64,000 nucleotides of DNA, taken from the NCBI GenBank assembly GCA_012295275.1, contig CM022675.1, positions 3,162,001 to 3,226,000 of the forward strand, written 5' to 3'. How positions within the stretch are numbered: the stretch's first letter is position 1; each line of letters opens with the position of its first letter. The translations under genes were made by a program, and so were the position numbers. Positions 58,577 through 64,000 of this stretch are shown piece by piece. The DNA comes from Chrysomallon squamiferum (taxonomy: Eukaryota; Animalia; Mollusca). The notes under the pieces were generated by a model. That model saw only the letters and a list, made by a program, of their open reading frames with translations. It did no database searches and was not told where the DNA came from.

Positions 58577-58866
58577 CAAAACAAAATCAATAAATCAAAA
58601 ACAAAATCAATAAAACAAAGAAGCAAAGAAAACTAAAATTTATTTACGATCATTTTGTCCAAAAAATTATTATTTTATTTAATTTCACTTTATTTATTTA
58701 TTTATTTATTTATTCTATTTTATTTTTTTATTTACAGATCTGATTATTAAATATGTTAAATGGCCTCTGGACATTGATGGTGTTTGTGGCTACATTGAAG
58801 AAGATGTACACATTTACGTGAAGTCAGAGGAGAATTGTAACTCTCACAAAGGATTCATTTGTGACT
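56601..58866 (+). CDS. Receptor G, 5' part (interrupted by the assembly gap)
   Basis: Exons 56601-56679 (MADRWGTSRLLLINVCAVFYQLFSAS), 57088-57255, 57519-57676, 57928-58069 and 58738-58866 are all open and phase-consistent. Confidence 0.8.
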
Positions 58867-59132
58867 GTGAGTGAATATTTCTGTTATACAATTAGGACAG
58901 AGTCTTTGTGACTGCTGTAAGCTATTGAAAATGTCCTTATACTGAATCCAGAATATCATAAACATTTAACCATAAAAATAGGCAACAGGTCTGAAAATGA
59001 AAATTTATTTTTAGCATAAGAAAGAGGCCTACGATTGTGGGGGCACCAAACGTTTCAAAAGAAGACGAAAAATACTTTATTTCTTTTTTTAATCACTAAA
59101 GAAGAAAGGTCAATTTCTGTCGTTGACTAAAC

Positions 59133-59267
<135 letters not shown>

Positions 59268-59490
59268 AATAATATTATTTATAACGATTTAACATGCTTT
59301 TTTTCCGTCTTCAATGTTCTTTAATATTCCTCTTTGATATTATTACATCGTAATCATCGTTATCATCACCACAATCATCATCTTCCTCATTCTAGGCTGA
59401 CTTTAATGGGAACAGTCTTTGAAGATTGTATATAATGACACTTATATCTTAGACTTCAAAATTCTAAAATATTCTGATGAATGGTGCTTT

Positions 59491-59690
59491 NNNNNNNNNN
59501 NNNNNNNNNNNNNNNNNNNNNNNNNNNNNNNNNNNNNNNNNNNNNNNNNNNNNNNNNNNNNNNNNNNNNNNNNNNNNNNNNNNNNNNNNNNNNNNNNNNN
59601 NNNNNNNNNNNNNNNNNNNNNNNNNNNNNNNNNNNNNNNNNNNNNNNNNNNNNNNNNNNNNNNNNNNNNNNNNNNNNNNNNNNNNNNNNN
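59491..59690. other. Assembly gap (200 N)
   Basis: Run of N. Confidence 1.
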
Positions 59691-59896
59691 TGTTGTTTTA
59701 TTTGTTGAATATTAGTTAGGTGTAACATGTACTTTTTAACATTATAGAGTTCATATTCTTTTTGAAAGACAGAATTTATTAATAAATATAATTAAATCCA
59801 TAAAAGAAATGCACATAATACTATAAATGTTACTAGTTCTGGTATTTTAATTGTTTTAAAATTGATTATATTAAACAAATAAAGTTTGTTTTACAG

Positions 59897-62069
59897 CAGA
59901 TAACACACCACTGTTTGGTTACATTGGAGAAGTGAATGAATCACAGTCTGAACAGTTTTATCAAATCAAATACGACAACCAGGCAAGCCGATGTTACTAC
60001 AGATGTCAACAAAACACAACTACCGGAAGTGTAATGTATGTGGGATTGCAGGTAGGTAACATAGATTTATTTTATGATTTATGTATTAAGCTTACATAAA
60101 TTGCACACACACATCCACATATAAAGCCTAGGAATCCTTATTAAGACCTGAAAAAAAAAGTATACCTGGTTGAAATCACTAAAACAATGATTCTTACAGA
60201 CTAGCAGCAAGTATCTTTTACATGAATACAGTCAATACATTGTCTGTGATTAAAATGTTACCCTGTTTGAAATCTGAAACAAATTCTGTTGATGTGAAAG
60301 TGGTAAGAAAGTATATTTTTATTTTGACAAGTGTTATGTTTAATAATGTAAACGTTTCTTTTACAGAGAGAGAAATGTTACTGTTTTAACTCGAGAAGCT
60401 GGAATCAGATTTCACATGGATTTGTTCAAACAGAAAATAAAACTGATTGTTTGGGAAACTTCAGAGAAAACTGTGGAACTGAAAATACAATGAGTATTTA
60501 TAAAACAGGTAAAATCTTGTGCATGAATGTAGACTTTTTTATACTCATGTCTATCTGTGATACTGTCAGCAATCTCGAATTTCATTTTATTTCATTTTGT
60601 CTCATTTATTATCTTTATTATATTTAGTTTTTGTTTACTTACTTCATTTTATTTTATTTTATTTGTTTTAATTTATTTACAGATTTGACAATCAGGTATG
60701 TTACATGGTTACTTGATGTTGATGGTGTTTGTGGCTACATTGAATAAAGTCTAAATACTTTTGTCAAAACAGATAAAAACTGTATCACACAGAGAGGATT
60801 TATCTGTGACTGTGAGTCAATATTTCTGTTTCAGTATTGTTATTTTTGTGAGTTGTAAAAGAGAACACAAAGACAGTCATGAAATGTTACAATTTCTTTT
60901 CTCCATTATTCACTATAATTATAAAGCTCATTTAGAATAGGTGTATGTGTGTGTGTTTTATAACTGTTTTATTTCTGTACTAGACGTCATCATCATCATC
61001 ATCATCATCATTATTCATGTTTCACTTTTATGGGCAAATGCATACTTCTTTCTAATACTTGTGTTTTAGTTTATTTACTTTACTATTATTATTAATTTGT
61101 AATGGTCATTAGTTTTAATTTTTTTATTGCGTTATTATTCATTTATTACAGGTTCTGGAATTTACAACAATACTTCGTGTTACCATCATGACAAGACTCA
61201 CAGCTGGTTTTCATCTAACTCAACTTGCTCGTTAACAAAACTAAATAAAAATACAGTACATTACTGGATCAGACTAAAACGTGACAGACAAATAGTTTGG
61301 TTCGACAGTTTTTACAGTGAGTTATTCTAAAACTGATTAACTCTTAAATCAAAAACATTTCTTCATTTTTATTTATATTCTCAATTAGATGATTTACATG
61401 TCTATTTCAATGATTATTGTTGTTGTTGTTATTGCTGTTGTTGTTATTAAATGTGGTTGTTTATTTATTTACTGACGTACTAACCTACTTATTTACAATT
61501 TCTTGTGAATTTTAAAAGTATTTTTCTTTTTATTTGTTCAGTTATATAAACAAAAAGATACATTGAATTTCAGATGAAACACTGAATATAAACATGACAC
61601 AAAATGGTTGTGTTGCTGGACATTTTTCCAGACGGCAAAACTTCATTTTCAGTCAGTAACTGTAATGATGTCCACTCCGCCATTTGTATTAGGAGTAAGT
61701 ATTATTCTTTTTATATTTTTATTTTTTCCCACAAAGGAGTTAAATTCATGTACTTGGCATCATCTTCATCTGCCACTCTAATTCATAATCTGGTAAATTT
61801 ATTTATTTATGGGTGTGAAATATGTAAGTTTATTCCTTGCCACCCTATTTTCAAATCAGATTAGCATTGTTCATTAAGATAAATTGTGTATACATATATG
61901 AAATTTTAAATATAAGAATATTTTACTCTGACTGACAAATTAAATTTAAAAATAGATTTTTTTTAGATCATTTATTAATGCTTTCATCCATTCATTCATT
62001 CATTCTGAAATATTTTGAAAATAAATTAAGCTAAAATTAAGCTAAGACTAAACATGTTATAAATATTAA

Positions 62070-62112
<43 letters not shown>

Positions 62113-63122
62113 TTTATTATTTCTGCCAAATTTAAAATAAATTTGCTTTGACCAAACAATCTTCGTATGCCTATCCTGTCTGGGAAAATAAATATAAACA
62201 ATCTGTTGATAGGGTAATTCTGGATACCTGACATAAATAGTTAAATTGTGTGACCAGTACATGGTGCTTAAAACTTAACAGAACAAGAAAACTGAGTTTT
62301 AAATATATTACATACAGATATTAACACAAGACATATATACAAAACAAAAATACAGCTTTTTGAGGACAGAACTATATTTCTATTAATAAATTACTTGTTT
62401 TACACACAAACAAACATTTGTATAGTGTTCAGAGTTACTCCTTTACAGTTTAATTACAGGTTCAGATCTTAAAAGACCATTCTAAAATGAGTTTTCATTT
62501 ACAAAATAAATAAATAGTTTCTATTTGACATTTAGTTTTGAGTTATTATTTTTGTTATTGACATTTACAAGCATCAGTTGTAACAATTTAACTTTTCATA
62601 GCAAATTATTACTTCATTAGTAAATGTTTTAAAGTAAATTGACACAGATTCACCTATCACTATAATTATATAAATATAATTCATTGATATATATACTTCA
62701 CATTGGTAGACATTTTAGAGATGGCTGGATTACATGTGTGATTTTATTGACTGATGCTGCTTTGTGATTTTAACCCAACTCAGCTATTTATGTATTGTTG
62801 ATTTATAATTGTTATTTTATAGTCAGAATTGTTTTCATGTTGCTTGACTGTTTATATTTTACAGATTTCACTTTCCACACTTCCACTCTGACTGACAAAT
62901 TTACAACTCAGACAGGTGAGTGAATCTGAAATAATGTTGTTTGTTTGCTTGTTTCTTTATTTGCTAGTTTAGTATTAATTTATTTGTTTGTTTGTGTATT
63001 TATTAGTTTGTTTGTTGGTCTGTCTGTCTGTTTTTATTTATTTATTTATTTATTTGTTTTATTACTTGTCTGTTATTTATTTGATGTTTATGTTGCTTTT
63101 TATTAAACAACAACATTAACTA

Positions 63123-63154
<32 letters not shown>

Positions 63155-63636
63155 TGTTACACAGTAAAAGCATTTTTTGTCTTGTTTATGTTCAAAAGTT
63201 TTGTATTACATGTTTTATAGATTTTTCATCAACTCAAGTTCAGATCACCTCCGAAACAACAATTAATTCAGATAAAAATATAAATAATTTGAATATCTGT
63301 GTGATAAAATTTGGGGATTGAGTGAAGGGATGATAGTTTCGCAATTAATTAATTAATTTTTATAATTATTTAAAAAATATATATATTTGTTTGTTTGTTT
63401 GTTTATTGATATATTGTTATTGTTTTTATTTCATTTATTGTTTTGTACCCAGTAGATATTTTTCAGATTACAAGAATATTTTTTCTTTGATGTAAATTAG
63501 ATGTAACCATTTTGTTACAGATCAAAGTTCAACTGGAAGCACAAAAACGGTTTTAAGTAAAACAAAATCATCAAATTCAGGTAACTTTGTGAATGTATTA
63601 TTGTTAAATTCAATGTTATTATTTTAAAGCTAAAAT

Positions 63637-63667
<31 letters not shown>

Positions 63668-63940
63668 AACACAGATTAAGTAGAAGTAGTATGTAAGTAT
63701 TTGTCATTAAAAACAGTGAACACAAAAATATAAAATGGCTAGTCAGAAAAGTCTAGTGTTCACTTTCTTTTCCTTGGAAACATGAATGTTAGCAAACAGC
63801 TCTTATTAATGGATAATTTTTTTTTTTTTTTTTGCATTTTATAAATTTATATTTTTTGCAGGTGTTGCTGTTGGTTTTTCTGTAACTGTCATTATACTTT
63901 TAGTAGTGTGCACAGTTGTCGCTGTTGTTTATATGAAAAG
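59897..63940 (+). pseudogene. Receptor H: disabled inverted copy of gene F unit 2 (short-tail-type TM; tail lies outside the window)
   Basis: Exons 59897-60051, 60367-60508, 60683-60811 (TAA at 60745-60747), 61152-61316 (33-nt deletion; WIG>WIR), 61574-61694 (2-nt deletion), 62865-62915, 63521-63580 and TM 63862-63940. Confidence 0.8.
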
Positions 63941-64000
63941 GTAAATAGAGTTACCATTCTTGATTGATGACTTGAGATAACTCTTTATATTTATGTAATA

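Noticed and set aside
59419-59728. ORFs spanning poly-X
   Set aside because: Artefacts of the N gap.

Overview
AT-rich, microsatellite-rich eukaryotic genomic DNA from an invertebrate animal (mollusc-like by inference only), with one 200-N gap at 59491-59690. The ORF track misses most of the biology because the genes are split into short GT-AG exons. Manual splicing shows a tandem and inverted cluster of seven loci (labelled here A, B, D, E, F, G, H) from one family of type I membrane receptors. The shared layout is signal peptide, first half of a C-type lectin-like domain (CTLD), WSC domain, second half of the CTLD, a second complete CTLD, Ser/Thr stalk, TM helix and a tyrosine-motif tail. 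Two unrelated tail types (long and short) occur in convergent pairs A/B and E/F. B and F have doubled ectodomains formed by fusion across a destroyed TM exon. E is tail-less, and D and H are pseudogenes. Truncated selenoprotein O (SELENOO) 5' fragments lie just upstream of B and F. A hAT/Buster element interrupts D, and there are Tc1, pogo/Tigger and foldback relics. All domain calls come from reading motifs and cysteine spacing by eye, without database searches.
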